A stretch of 64,000 nucleotides of DNA from Candidatus Obscuribacterales bacterium. GTDB lineage: Bacteria > Cyanobacteriota > Vampirovibrionia > Obscuribacterales > Obscuribacteraceae. Of the stretch, positions 1 to 10,235 are shown piece after piece. The position numbers and the translations under genes are program-made. Below the pieces are notes generated by a model. The model saw nothing but the letters and a program-made list of their open reading frames with translations. It made no database searches and had not been told where the DNA came from. Within the stretch, counting starts at the first letter, position 1. Each line of letters starts with the position of its first letter. Location of the stretch: NCBI GenBank assembly GCA_965228855.1, contig CBDDIJ010000002.1, positions 608,001 through 672,000 of the forward strand. Reading direction: 5' to 3'.

Positions 1-122
1 TGGAGCGCAGGACCGCTATTGAAGAGCTTTCCAAGTTTCTGCCCCATCGCTGCCATCATAGCCGCGACGAGAACAAAAATTCCGAAGAACACCGCGATTG
101 AGAACGTGGTGTATAGCTTCAT
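1..122 (-). CDS. Partial CDS (5' end only), N-terminal hydrophobic helix; hypothetical membrane/exported protein
   Basis: Read manually: ATG at 122 preceded by GAGG; MKLYTTFSIAVFFGIFVLVAAMMAAMGQKLG runs off the window edge. Confidence 0.6.
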   Translation of the reverse strand, partial: MKLYTTFSIAVFFGIFVLVAAMMAAMGQKLGKLFNSGPAL

Positions 123-590
123 ATCCTCAATGGCTGCCTTCGGCGGGTGGGTCATGTCCATCCAGCCAGCGTGAATCCCGGTTCGCAGCCCCGGCACTAG
201 CATGTAAGTCAGACCGGTCAGGTCGCTCGTAGAGACAATCGCGACCAGCGCCAGAAGCAAAAAGGGAAACAGCTTGAACAACCCGTTTCCACTGTCCTTC
301 ATGTAGCCGTATCCCAGACCGACGTAACACGCGATCAGCGGGAAGTTTTTGAAGATCGTGAACGCGCGAATTTCGGACGCCAGCCAGCGAATCGCGACAA
401 GTTCAAAAAACAAAGACAGGGCGCTGAGCCACAGCAGGTCGAACTGTTCCTGCGTCAGTTTAAAACGCTTGTTTTCCACGTACAAACCCTTCCCCAAAGT
501 TACGAGGCAGAAAAATCACCCGGATGAAACGCCAAAAGATAGTAAGTAATCACCTTCGCCAGTATAGCTGTTCTGATAGTATAGAAAACT

Positions 591-1667
591 ATGTTCCAGC
601 AGACTCACATCGCTCTAGTCGTGCTCCTGGTGGCGCTTTTCGGCGCACCCGCGGCTGTTGCAGGTGAGACCGGTGCGCCGATAAATCAGGGCATCGAGAT
701 CAGCCAAAATCCACTGGACGACGATACGGGCGGAAGCGGTTCCACGGATGCGAACGGAAGCGCCAGCAGTTCCAATTCAAGCCAGGAACCGGCCAAACAC
801 GAAACCACATCGTCGTCAGCCAACCAGGCACTCGCGCCCGGTCCTCTACTGGACAGGCGCAATGAGATTCTAAATTTCTTGAACAAAGCCAAGAAAGCCG
901 GTATCGGCGTCAAGCCTTACGAGGCGGCATTGGAATCGATAGAAACGGACGTGAAGGCAGGGAAAACGGAAGCGGAGATAAAACCGCGCGTTAATAGCCT
1001 GGTTGTTGCGTTGTCCAAGCAAGTTGAAAACTTGAAATCGCTGAAGGCCGCAGCCGCCAGCAAGGCGGCAAGCGCCCAGGCGGGCGGATTCCCCATGATG
1101 GGAACACCGGAATCGAATAGCGGTTTCGGTTTCGAAAATGGAGTTTTTAAAATCAAACCGGCGCGCCCATTGTCTCGATCCGTCTCCGGTCTTTTCGCCG
1201 GGCTGAGTCCCGAATATCAAAAATACGCAACCATAAACGGTCGAGGCGTACCCGAGGCGCTGATGGAGCGTCTGTTGTTTGACCTGACGAACAAACACCG
1301 CCGGGAAAACAATCTCAAGCCTTACAGCTGGAATTCCAAACTAGCCGGTCTGGCTAAGGGTCATGCTCGCGACATGGCAACTAATAACTTCTTCGCCCAT
1401 GTGAATAAGCGACACCAGGGTCCGCTAGATCGCTCGATGGCCGCCGGTTACAACGTCGGCGTCAGAGAAAACATCGGTATGGCCGGTGCCGGAAGAGGAA
1501 CCCCTTTAGGCATGGTAATCCTCGTAGATGATGGTCTTATGAAGTCGCCCGGACACAGAGCCGCTATCCTGGATCCGAAAGGTCAGGGAGCTGGCATGGG
1601 CGTCTGCTACGACTTGAAAAACGGCGGAATCAAAGTCTGCCAGGTGTTTTCGCCTAACGACTTCTAG
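591..1667 (+). CDS. Secreted CAP (SCP/PR-1) domain protein
   Basis: Signal peptide ending AAVA; C-terminal CAP motifs TNKHRREN, AKGHARDM..NNFFAH, ENI, LMKSPGHRAAIL. Confidence 0.85.
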   Translation: MFQQTHIALVVLLVALFGAPAAVAGETGAPINQGIEISQNPLDDDTGGSGSTDANGSASSSNSSQEPAKHETTSSSANQALAPGPLLDRRNEILNFLNKAKKAGIGVKPYEAALESIETDVKAGKTEAEIKPRVNSLVVALSKQVENLKSLKAAAASKAASAQAGGFPMMGTPESNSGFGFENGVFKIKPARPLSRSVSGLFAGLSPEYQKYATINGRGVPEALMERLLFDLTNKHRRENNLKPYSWNSKLAGLAKGHARDMATNNFFAHVNKRHQGPLDRSMAAGYNVGVRENIGMAGAGRGTPLGMVILVDDGLMKSPGHRAAILDPKGQGAGMGVCYDLKNGGIKVCQVFSPNDF

Positions 1668-1859
1668 TGACACTCGACAACCACGGACCGAAAAGCCCAT
1701 TCGATGGACGCCGGGGTGACTCTTGCGTGCTAAGTAAACAATTGGCAACGATCTTGACAGCCTCGAACGGTCAAACAGTTTCGAAACCGTTGCGCGCCTG
1801 GGCTTTTACCGCCAACCTTTTCTTATACTCATGGATGGTTTGGCAGAACACAATAAAAT

Positions 1860-2678
1860 GTGGCGATGACGTCAGCGCTAAAAAACAATCGAAAAACCTG
1901 GTTCAATCCATGGCTGTTCTTTGAAGAACAGATGACCGCCGGCATAGAATTGCTCGGTCAGGTCGTGACCATGTGGATCACGGCAATGAAGTACATCATT
2001 CGCAGAGACTTCGATGCGAAGGAAACCTGGCGCCAGTGCTACATGATTGGCGTTCGTTCATTCGTGGTCGTGGCTATTACGGCCCTTTTCACGGGATTCG
2101 CGATGTCGCTGCAGATTTCGCGAGAGCTTGTGCTGTTCGGCGCTGATACTGCTATCGGCGGCGTTGTGTCACTCGCGCTCGTTCGCGAAATTGGTCCGAT
2201 TACCGCCGGCGTTATGGTGGCTGGTCGCGTAGGATCTTCTGTGGCAGCCGAACTCGCAACGATGGTGATCACGGAACAAATCGACGCACTAAAGGTTATG
2301 CGCGTCGATCCCGTCAAATTTTTAGTGGTTCCGCGTTATATCGCAGGACTGACAATGACGCTCGTACTGTCAGTCTACGCGATGGCAATCGGTTTGCTCG
2401 CGGGAATTTACATTGCAAACATCGCAGCGAATTTGCCTGCTGCCACATTCCTCGATTCAGTAAAACAAACACTGCTAGACCGAGACTTCGTCACGCATTT
2501 CATCAAGTCAGAAATCAACGCGACAATAATCATCATGTTCTCTTGCGCGATCGGATTGCACACCAGGGGTGGTGCCGAAGATGTCGGTATCGCGACTACG
2601 AGAACGGTCGTCTGGACCATGACTTTGATTTTCGTGTTCAACTACATCGTCACGTCTTTGACGTATGCACCACGCTAG
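1860..2678 (+). CDS. mlaE: MlaE/TGD1-family lipid ABC transporter permease
   Basis: LVREIGPITAGVMVAGRVGSSVAAELATMVITEQIDALKVM and RGGAEDVGIATT signatures; operon with mlaF and mlaD; start could be ATG 1866. Confidence 0.93.
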   Translation: MAMTSALKNNRKTWFNPWLFFEEQMTAGIELLGQVVTMWITAMKYIIRRDFDAKETWRQCYMIGVRSFVVVAITALFTGFAMSLQISRELVLFGADTAIGGVVSLALVREIGPITAGVMVAGRVGSSVAAELATMVITEQIDALKVMRVDPVKFLVVPRYIAGLTMTLVLSVYAMAIGLLAGIYIANIAANLPAATFLDSVKQTLLDRDFVTHFIKSEINATIIIMFSCAIGLHTRGGAEDVGIATTRTVVWTMTLIFVFNYIVTSLTYAPR

Positions 2679-2698
2679 GGACGGAGGATAGACCGCGT

Positions 2699-3418
2699 AT
2701 GGCAATGCCGCCAATGCTCGAAATAGTCAATCTGCATAAATCCTTCGGCAGTCGCCAGATTCTGAAGGGAATCTCCTTCAAGGTCTACAAGGGCGAGATG
2801 CTCGGTTTGATTGGTCCTTCGGGATGCGGCAAATCGACTTTGCTAAAACTGATTTGCGACTTGCTCACGCCTGACAGCGGCGAAGTTGTCCGCTGGTCGG
2901 ACGAGATTGGTCTGGTTTTCCAGGGCTCTGCGCTTTTGAACTCGTTCACCGTTCGCGAGAACTTGGCTCTGGCACTCAATCGCCGAAAACTCAAAAAATC
3001 AGAAGAAAACGCAATCATAGAAGAAAAGCTGCGCCTGGTCGGTTTAGCTGATTACATCGACTCCTACCCTTCACAACTGTCCGGCGGTCAACAAAAGCGA
3101 ACCAGTTTCGCCCGAGCAATCGTAAATGACCCAAAAATAATCCTTTACGATGAGCCGACAACCGGGCTCGATCCCGTCATGTCTACAGTCATTGAAGACT
3201 ACATGATTGAGCTCAGCAGTCAGCTGGACGCGGCATCCATCGTCGTGACGCATCAATACTCGACCTGGACGCGCACGGCATCCCGGATTCTGTTGATGCA
3301 CGCCGGCAAATCAGTCTGGGAAGGCAGTCCCGAGGAGGCGGTCGTAACGGACAATCCCTATATGAAACAGTTTGCCCACGCTACACGCGAAGGCCCAATG
3401 CTATCGACTCTCTTGTAA
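2699..3418 (+). CDS. mlaF: MlaF/TGD3-family ABC ATPase
   Basis: Walker A GPSGCGKS, LSGGQ signature, ILYDEPTTGLDP; ATG 2699 with GGAGG upstream. Confidence 0.93.
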   Translation: MAMPPMLEIVNLHKSFGSRQILKGISFKVYKGEMLGLIGPSGCGKSTLLKLICDLLTPDSGEVVRWSDEIGLVFQGSALLNSFTVRENLALALNRRKLKKSEENAIIEEKLRLVGLADYIDSYPSQLSGGQQKRTSFARAIVNDPKIILYDEPTTGLDPVMSTVIEDYMIELSSQLDAASIVVTHQYSTWTRTASRILLMHAGKSVWEGSPEEAVVTDNPYMKQFAHATREGPMLSTLL

Positions 3419-3441
3419 AATCGTATGGTGACCGAAGGAAC

Positions 3442-4866
3442 ATGAAATTGACCGCATCCCCAAAAGAGACAAAACAGCAAAGAACGGAAGCAACACCTGC
3501 ATCCGTGAACAAACCCGTCAACAAGCCGAACATGGAAGTGCGGGTAGGACTCTTCACCGTCTTTGCGTTCATCATCTTTATGTATGGACAGGCTTGGCTC
3601 AAACAATTCTCGATTATGCATCCGCCGCAAAAAATTACCGTGCAGTTCCATGACGTAGCAGGACTGGCTAACAATGCACCTGTGAACATCAACGGCGTTC
3701 GCGTCGGCACCGTCGAAAAAATTGAACTCGAAGGAAAAGGGCGCGTACTGTGCCGCTTGAAGATCAAAACAGAAGAAGCCACCGTTCCTCAAGGTTCGAC
3801 ATTCACGATTCAAACCCTGGGGTTGGTCGGAGCGAAATACATAGAAATCAGTTTGCCTGAAGAAAAGCCGGGAGAAGAACCGCGCCCGCCAATCGATCCG
3901 GACACCGTCGTAGTAGGCGACGACCCGGTTCGTGTCGAGTTGGTCATGAACAAGATTGCAACCAATCTAAACAGTATGATCAACAGATTGAGCGCGGACG
4001 AAACACAAGAAGGACTCGAAAACGCTCTTCGCACATCAGGCGAGACGATCAAGAACATCAACGAAGCTGCTTTGAAGTTGAACAAGAATATGGATAAGGT
4101 CAGCGACGTTACAGCCAGCGTCAAGACGACTTCCGACAAGTTTGGCAAGGTCGCTAGTTCCGCCGACAGCTTCTTCCATACAAGCGAAGGCACGATGGCG
4201 AGCTACAAGGATTTGAGCAAGAATTTGCAACGCACCTCGTCGAAAGTTAATTCATTGCTCGACGATCCGAAGCTTGGCGGCGACATCAAAGAAACAATCA
4301 AAATGGCTCAGCAGACCGCTGCCTCCATTCAAGCTACGATGAACGAGCTCAACGGAACTCTGAAGGATAAGGACCTGCGTACAGACCTCCTCGGAGCACT
4401 GGAGCGCGTCCGCGTTTCCACAGACAATATCTCCAGGTCGATGAACGAGTTGACGAAGATTTCGAACAACGGCGAATTGCGCGCTGATTTGAAAACTATC
4501 GTGGGCGATGCCAAAGAAGCTGTTTCTAAAGTAGAAGGCATAATGTCGGAGCCCGAGTTCAAATCTGATCTGCGCAAAACTATTAAGAAGGTAGAGGATG
4601 CGGCCACCGGCGTCGACACCGTCACCACTCAGATGCACCAGATCCTGAACAAACGCTCGCCCTTCTTTCAGATGATGTTCCGCGCTCCAGGTCGAATAAA
4701 GGAAACGAAAAAGACGACCACAACCGAGAAGAAACCGGACGGCAAGGGCGGCGACAAGACCACTAAGAAGGTCGAAACAGAAACAACAGTTGAAACAGAA
4801 AGCAAACCGGACGAGACAAAACCCGCTCCGAATGCTGACTCCGAACAGCCAGAGCTTCGTCAATAA
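3442..4866 (+). CDS. mlaD: MlaD/MCE-domain protein with long helical C-terminal region
   Basis: EVRVGLF TM helix, FHDVAGL..NAPVNINGVRVGTV, TLGLVGAKYIEI; follows mlaEF. Confidence 0.9.
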   Translation: MKLTASPKETKQQRTEATPASVNKPVNKPNMEVRVGLFTVFAFIIFMYGQAWLKQFSIMHPPQKITVQFHDVAGLANNAPVNINGVRVGTVEKIELEGKGRVLCRLKIKTEEATVPQGSTFTIQTLGLVGAKYIEISLPEEKPGEEPRPPIDPDTVVVGDDPVRVELVMNKIATNLNSMINRLSADETQEGLENALRTSGETIKNINEAALKLNKNMDKVSDVTASVKTTSDKFGKVASSADSFFHTSEGTMASYKDLSKNLQRTSSKVNSLLDDPKLGGDIKETIKMAQQTAASIQATMNELNGTLKDKDLRTDLLGALERVRVSTDNISRSMNELTKISNNGELRADLKTIVGDAKEAVSKVEGIMSEPEFKSDLRKTIKKVEDAATGVDTVTTQMHQILNKRSPFFQMMFRAPGRIKETKKTTTTEKKPDGKGGDKTTKKVETETTVETESKPDETKPAPNADSEQPELRQ

Positions 4867-5069
4867 CATTCACCTTTCGCAATGAATTTGATTAATTCGT
4901 TTCGCGAGCATGGGAGAAATACGTAGTAAAGCCGCGCTCCATGCGACTCTTGTCACGATGCGGTCACGCACCAAACCTAACCTCTAGGTAAATCCCCCTT
5001 CCCCTTTATCGCAGTCTCGGCTGAGAAGCCGACAATCCCCATCTGCGCAATTTTTTACTCAGGTGCAGG

Positions 5070-7028
5070 ATGCCTCCCCAAACAGATCAACCCTCTCCTG
5101 CCGGAGATAAATCTTCGGCGCCCAAGTTCGATTTCACTCCCCCGCTAGAGCAGCGCCAGGAGTTCACAGAGTCCAGAAAAACGGACCAGCCCACAAGACA
5201 AAGTATCCAAGATAGTAACTTAGTAGTCCCTCCGCTTTTCACAAATGTTCAAATCGATGGCACCATCGGTAGTACCGGAACGAATTTCCTGAACATGACC
5301 AACCCCTATGATTCTTGGGGTCTTGAAGTGACGAAGCGCCGATGGACTGACGTTGCTCAGACAATACCGCCTGCGCACACAGATAGGCAAAGCACAATCG
5401 GGACCTCAGCGGATGCTGCGCGCCCTGTAGTCGCGGACACCTCACGTGGCGCGATAAAACGATCAGAGGTCGAAGGAACCGTTGGTCCACTCATTGCCGA
5501 TGCCTCACGCGGAGAGATTACAAGAACGGAAGTTGATGGCGTAGGCAGAGACAAAGTAGAAAAGCAGACGCCACCGCATGAAAAACTATCGGCCGCAGAC
5601 GTCCACAACAAAAATATACTGGATGCGTCGAAAAACGCAGTAGGCGAAAAAGTCTGGAAAGGTTCTCAATTTGAAAGAGCTACAGTAAAAGGAAAATTTG
5701 GTGGCGCAGCTAGCGTCTCCGTTCTTCTCCAGAACCAAGGATATGACTATGCCAAGTCCGCTAGCGTATCGCAATTGACGAAATCAATGATCGCAAATGG
5801 ATGGCGACTCGTCGGGCAAAACGATGCGAAACCGGGTGACATCATATTCGGTGGCAAAACCGGAACCAACTGGCGCAACGGCGGCGGTAACGGTCGTATC
5901 GGAATCGTCGGCGAAGACGGCAAGGTGTACAACAACGACTCCAGGACTGGCAAGTGGACACTTTCCGACAAACAGCAAGTGTTCGGAAAAGAATTTGGAG
6001 ACCAGGTTTGGATTCTCCGGCCTCCAACTGAAGGTCCTCAAGGCAGACCCGTTGAGAGAGAGCCAGCATCACCTGACGCAACGGTGGAACGTCGCCGCGG
6101 TCGCAGGCGTGGTCACGAACAGCCTCAACAGCGCGAGCGTGAGGACGATCCGAGCAGCCGGGACTATCGCGATTTCCGAGGTCGTCAGAACTGGCAAGGC
6201 AGAGACGACGGCCGCTATCCGCCTCAGTACGACCGCTCCAACGATATCAATCTCTCTGATTTTAACCCCATCGAAATCCTGAAAAACGCAGTGGATGGTA
6301 TTGGGAAAGCGCTCTGGGCGCTGACCCCGTTCAAACACTCCGTCAACAATGGTCGACTGGGCTGCGCGGCATCAGTGTCGGAAGTGCTTCAACGCTCCGG
6401 TTATAGATACGCAAATCATGCCGGAGTAGGCGGACTCGAATCACAACTGATGAAGAATGGCTGGCGGAAAGCACCTCTAAGCTCCGCACAACCAGGTGAT
6501 GTCGTAATGGTCGGACGGTCTCGCGGCTGGAGAGCCGGAGGCGGAGCGGCACACGTCGGCATAGTCGGCGAAAACGGCCGCGTCTATCACAATAATTCGG
6601 CTCGCGGTAAGTGGGTCGAAGACAACCTTCACGCCCGCTTCGGCCGAGGCATGGAAAGGTTCGTCTTAAAACCACCGTCCAATGGTTCGCACAAAATCGA
6701 CCCTCGCAGTTTCGCATCTCGAAATCCGGAACCGGAAGTGAATCCCGCTCCTAGACAAGCAGACCGCAGACATGAAAGAGGCGACCGAAGAGAGGATCGT
6801 GGGGAACATCGTGGATACGAGCCTCGCGGCTATGGTCGAGATCGCGGATTTGACCCGCGCGAATTTCAGGCGCGCTATCAACCAGAAGATCAACGAGACA
6901 ACGATGAAGATGGTGGTAGCAATAGAGGACGAAGGACACGCCGAATGCGCGAGAGGGAAGAGCGGAATCAAGAAGAGGACGCAACCGAACGACGCAGCAG
7001 ACGCCACCGACGATCACGTCGATACTAA
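5070..7028 (+). CDS. Protein with two NlpC/P60-CHAP-like (papain-fold) domains, first degenerate, plus Arg/Asp/Glu-rich disordered regions
   Basis: Domain 2: GCAASVS...QPGDVV...AHVGIV...YHNNS; domain 1: GGAASVS...KPGDII...GRIGIV...YNNDS. Confidence 0.7.
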   Translation: MPPQTDQPSPAGDKSSAPKFDFTPPLEQRQEFTESRKTDQPTRQSIQDSNLVVPPLFTNVQIDGTIGSTGTNFLNMTNPYDSWGLEVTKRRWTDVAQTIPPAHTDRQSTIGTSADAARPVVADTSRGAIKRSEVEGTVGPLIADASRGEITRTEVDGVGRDKVEKQTPPHEKLSAADVHNKNILDASKNAVGEKVWKGSQFERATVKGKFGGAASVSVLLQNQGYDYAKSASVSQLTKSMIANGWRLVGQNDAKPGDIIFGGKTGTNWRNGGGNGRIGIVGEDGKVYNNDSRTGKWTLSDKQQVFGKEFGDQVWILRPPTEGPQGRPVEREPASPDATVERRRGRRRGHEQPQQREREDDPSSRDYRDFRGRQNWQGRDDGRYPPQYDRSNDINLSDFNPIEILKNAVDGIGKALWALTPFKHSVNNGRLGCAASVSEVLQRSGYRYANHAGVGGLESQLMKNGWRKAPLSSAQPGDVVMVGRSRGWRAGGGAAHVGIVGENGRVYHNNSARGKWVEDNLHARFGRGMERFVLKPPSNGSHKIDPRSFASRNPEPEVNPAPRQADRRHERGDRREDRGEHRGYEPRGYGRDRGFDPREFQARYQPEDQRDNDEDGGSNRGRRTRRMREREERNQEEDATERRSRRHRRSRRY

Positions 7029-7072
7029 AAATCAGTCTAGATAATCAGTCCCGTTAAGCGGAGTTTTTAAGA

Positions 7073-8050
7073 ATGGTAGAGATGAAATCCGAAGTTCAAA
7101 GCAATCCCACTGGGAACGACCAGTTCCATCCAAACCTAGAGCGCAACATCTTCGAAAGCGCTTACAGCGGGCAGATGACAAAGGGTGAGGATACACGACT
7201 TGCTTTCAACTCCACGGCAGCGCGGCCACCATCAGACGGAGCGTGGCCGCCACCACTGCAGGTGGCAGACACGGACGGAAACATTCTTACTAGAAGCTCT
7301 GACAAACAAAATAACGATGGTGCTAAAGCCGGTGAACCAGAGGGACACCACTCTGCCGAAGGCCCAAAGGAGACCGAAGAAAAACCGCCTGAGAAAACAG
7401 CGGAAAAACCTACTGATACCACTGCTGAAAAACCAGCAGAAAAATCTACTGACACATCAGCTGAAAAGCCGGCAGACAAACCAGCTGACACATCAGCTGA
7501 AAAACCGGCAGAGACTCAAGGTGATAAACCTGTTGACCCAAGCCTCCCACCTGAATTACAAAACGAAGCAGCTCTGATGAAAAGCTTGACCGGACCGCAA
7601 AAGACGTTGGTGGAAACGGCATTCAAAGCAGTGGGCACGCCACTCTGGGCCGCATCCGAATATGCGGACCTCACCGGCAACGGACGTTACGGATGCGCCG
7701 CCTCGGAATCGATTGTCAAACAGAGAGCCGGTTATGACTACGCAGACAGTCCGCTGGTTTCCGGTCTGGTTAACCAACTGCAAAAAAATGGTTGGACCAA
7801 ACACCCATTCGACGAGCGCCAACCCGGAGATACAATCATCCGGCACAAAGCAGGTCAGCATTGGAAGAAGGGCGGCGGCAACGCTCACATCGGCACCGTT
7901 GGTGCTGATATCAACTACGCCTACAACAACAATTCCGACTCCGCGACCTGGTCCTATAAGCCAATCAATGAATCATTCAGCCCGCGCAGCAAGCGATTCG
8001 TACTGAGACCGCCAGTCGAGTCTGAAACCTTGGTCGCCAAAGGCCGCTAG
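7073..8050 (+). CDS. NlpC/P60-CHAP-like cysteine amidase/peptidase, paralogue of upstream gene
   Basis: GCAASES...QPGDTI...AHIGTV...YNNNS; GGAG upstream; EKPA-rich linker. Confidence 0.72.
   Translation: MVEMKSEVQSNPTGNDQFHPNLERNIFESAYSGQMTKGEDTRLAFNSTAARPPSDGAWPPPLQVADTDGNILTRSSDKQNNDGAKAGEPEGHHSAEGPKETEEKPPEKTAEKPTDTTAEKPAEKSTDTSAEKPADKPADTSAEKPAETQGDKPVDPSLPPELQNEAALMKSLTGPQKTLVETAFKAVGTPLWAASEYADLTGNGRYGCAASESIVKQRAGYDYADSPLVSGLVNQLQKNGWTKHPFDERQPGDTIIRHKAGQHWKKGGGNAHIGTVGADINYAYNNNSDSATWSYKPINESFSPRSKRFVLRPPVESETLVAKGR
7378..7513 (+). repeat. Coding low-complexity repeat (EKPA/DTSA units)
   Basis: Repeated GAAAAACC(A/G)GCAGA and GACACATCAGCT units encoding EKPPEKTAEKPTDTTAEKPAEKSTDTSAEKPADKPADTSAEKPAE. 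Confidence 0.8.
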
Positions 8051-8161
8051 CGACGTTCAACCAACAAACGCGTTGACGAGAAAAAACGCACCAAATGCTT
8101 GCTTGATCTCAAGTCAATTTGTGACATCATTGAAAAGTTCGACTGACGCGGAGGTGCAATC

Positions 8162-8371
8162 ATGGCATCAATAACCGTTCGAAACATTCCGGAAGAGACT
8201 CACCGGGCTTTATGTGCGAGAGCGGCTCAAAACGGGCGTAGCACCGAAGCCGAAGTGCGCGACATCCTCGAAGCCGCATTGAGACCAAAAGACCGGGTAA
8301 AAATCGGGTCGGAATTGGCAGCTTTCGGAGATGAGCATAGGTTGGATGATCTGAAAATTGATCGAGAGTAG
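8162..8371 (+). CDS. FitA/StbC-like ribbon-helix-helix antitoxin, no toxin adjacent
   Basis: MASITVRNIPEETHRAL..RAA.NGRSTEAEVRDIL; GGAGG RBS. Confidence 0.85.
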   Translation: MASITVRNIPEETHRALCARAAQNGRSTEAEVRDILEAALRPKDRVKIGSELAAFGDEHRLDDLKIDRE

Positions 8372-8376
8372 AAGGG

Positions 8377-10032
8377 CTAATACCTGTTGTTTCGGATAAC
8401 AACGTCGCTTCCCACGTTGTTCTGGCGCCAGATGGGTCTTCTGTTTCCGCGCAGGTCGTTGTTCTCAACACTCGAACCGGTGACGCCACCATTACTAGTA
8501 TCACCACCGCCCAGTGTGATTCCAGCCAGTCGAGTGCCTTGAATGCGATTGCCGCGCACATGGACCTTTTCCGTATTCCAGCCTTCGCGCTCAGACGCGA
8601 TCTCAATTCCATAAGTCGCGTTGCGGACGTCGTTGTTTTCAATCAAAACATCTCGGCCACCATCAACATAAATCCCGGCCGCGCTGCGACGTCCGCTCAG
8701 ATCAATATTCCAAACCTGATTATTAGCAATCACGCCCCGACGCGCGCGATCATCCTTGCCTGAAATGCGCTCTCCACCAATCACGTCGATACCAATGTTA
8801 TCGTTGTCGTGCACCTTATTGTTCAAGATCTTGAAACCATCAACGTTTCCGTTAACTACAACAGCCTCGCTCGTTCCAAGTTTCAAATGGTGAACGTTGT
8901 TCCCTTCTATGCGAACGTCTGTGATCGGTTGCTTACCGGCACCATAGATGCTTATTCCATGTGCATCTTTTCCACTTTCGACGTGATGAATGTCATTGTT
9001 TAAAATCGAGATATTATTGCTGCGACCATCTACAGCAATCCCTGTAGGAGTGTCTCCGCCTCTGACATTTCTGATTTCGAAACCGTCAATAGTAACGTTG
9101 CGCCTGTTAGAGATGTGAATTGCACCGCCGCTGACTGACTTGTCTTGAAGGTCTAAGATGGCTTTGCCGTCACCTCTCAACGTTATGTTGTCGCGAGTGA
9201 TGTTTAAGCGTTCACGATAGACTCCAGGCTGAACATGAACAACTGCGCCCTCCGGAGCTCTGTCGATTGCACGTTGAATGCTTTCTCCGGCTCGCACTTC
9301 GACAACCGGTCTTTTGCGGTCGCGCTCATTACCAGGTCGAACCTCGTGGCGCCGCTCTTCAGGTTTGCCCTGCTCGCGCCTGGCGGGTGTCGGTTCAAAC
9401 CGTCTTTCTTCTGGGCGTGTCCGTTCACGTTCAGGAGTGTTCGGTTCCACGCGCCGTCCATCTGGTTTAGGAGGAAGGTCTGGTTTAGGAAGGTCCGGTT
9501 TGCGGCCGGGTTTAACAACGTCCGATTTCCGAACATCCGCAGGTCCGCTACGGTGCCCGTCCTTTTCGGCACCGCCGACTAATTTGCCGGACCAATCATA
9601 CTCGCGACAACTTAAAACTTGACCAAAACGACGCTCGAGTTCTACACGCCTTCCATCAGAAAAACGGCTCACAATCGACTCTTTACCGGCTTTGTCTACT
9701 GTGGAAATTTGCTTGTGCAATCCGTCTTGCCGTCCGGAAAATGTCTGTTCTGTTTTTACAGATCCATCCGCCAAACGGCTCTGCTCCAGCGTGGAGAGCC
9801 TATCATGTCGCAATTCGGGGCGGTAAGTCAGTTTAAAACCGTTTTGATCAAATGACAGTTGCGCTCCGCCGAGGTCGCCGCTTTTTTGAGGCACGTCCGG
9901 CCGCGTTTGCTTAGCAACATCAAAACTATCCGACAATCTGGCATCAGCCAGGTTGTCGCGCCCATCGCGGGCAGACGGTTCTACTCGATTATGCTTTGCG
10001 CCTTCGGACTCGATCATGGCTTCACCGCTCAC
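8377..10032 (-). CDS. Right-handed parallel beta-helix (pectin lyase-like) protein with charged N-terminal extension
   Basis: SIQRAIDRAPEGAVVHVQPGVYRE followed by PbH1-type repeats (ILNNDIHH, IEGNNVHH, GIYVDGG..VLIENN). Confidence 0.8.
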   Translation of the reverse strand: MSGEAMIESEGAKHNRVEPSARDGRDNLADARLSDSFDVAKQTRPDVPQKSGDLGGAQLSFDQNGFKLTYRPELRHDRLSTLEQSRLADGSVKTEQTFSGRQDGLHKQISTVDKAGKESIVSRFSDGRRVELERRFGQVLSCREYDWSGKLVGGAEKDGHRSGPADVRKSDVVKPGRKPDLPKPDLPPKPDGRRVEPNTPERERTRPEERRFEPTPARREQGKPEERRHEVRPGNERDRKRPVVEVRAGESIQRAIDRAPEGAVVHVQPGVYRERLNITRDNITLRGDGKAILDLQDKSVSGGAIHISNRRNVTIDGFEIRNVRGGDTPTGIAVDGRSNNISILNNDIHHVESGKDAHGISIYGAGKQPITDVRIEGNNVHHLKLGTSEAVVVNGNVDGFKILNNKVHDNDNIGIDVIGGERISGKDDRARRGVIANNQVWNIDLSGRRSAAGIYVDGGRDVLIENNDVRNATYGIEIASEREGWNTEKVHVRGNRIQGTRLAGITLGGGDTSNGGVTGSSVENNDLRGNRRPIWRQNNVGSDVVIRNNRY

Positions 10033-10235
10033 ATCATGCTTCGAGAATATTCGACCGCAATCAGGGATGTGTGACTTGAAGACCGACTGGACCTGCAGAA
10101 AATCCGCTCCAAAAATCGCCGGCGAAAAACCGCTACAACGAACAACCGACCCTTTCGGGTCGGTCCTTCGCGCTGCACTGTAAAAGCTAGTCTGATTTTT
10201 CTTCTTCGTAGGAAACCGACGCCGCCGGTCCCTTT

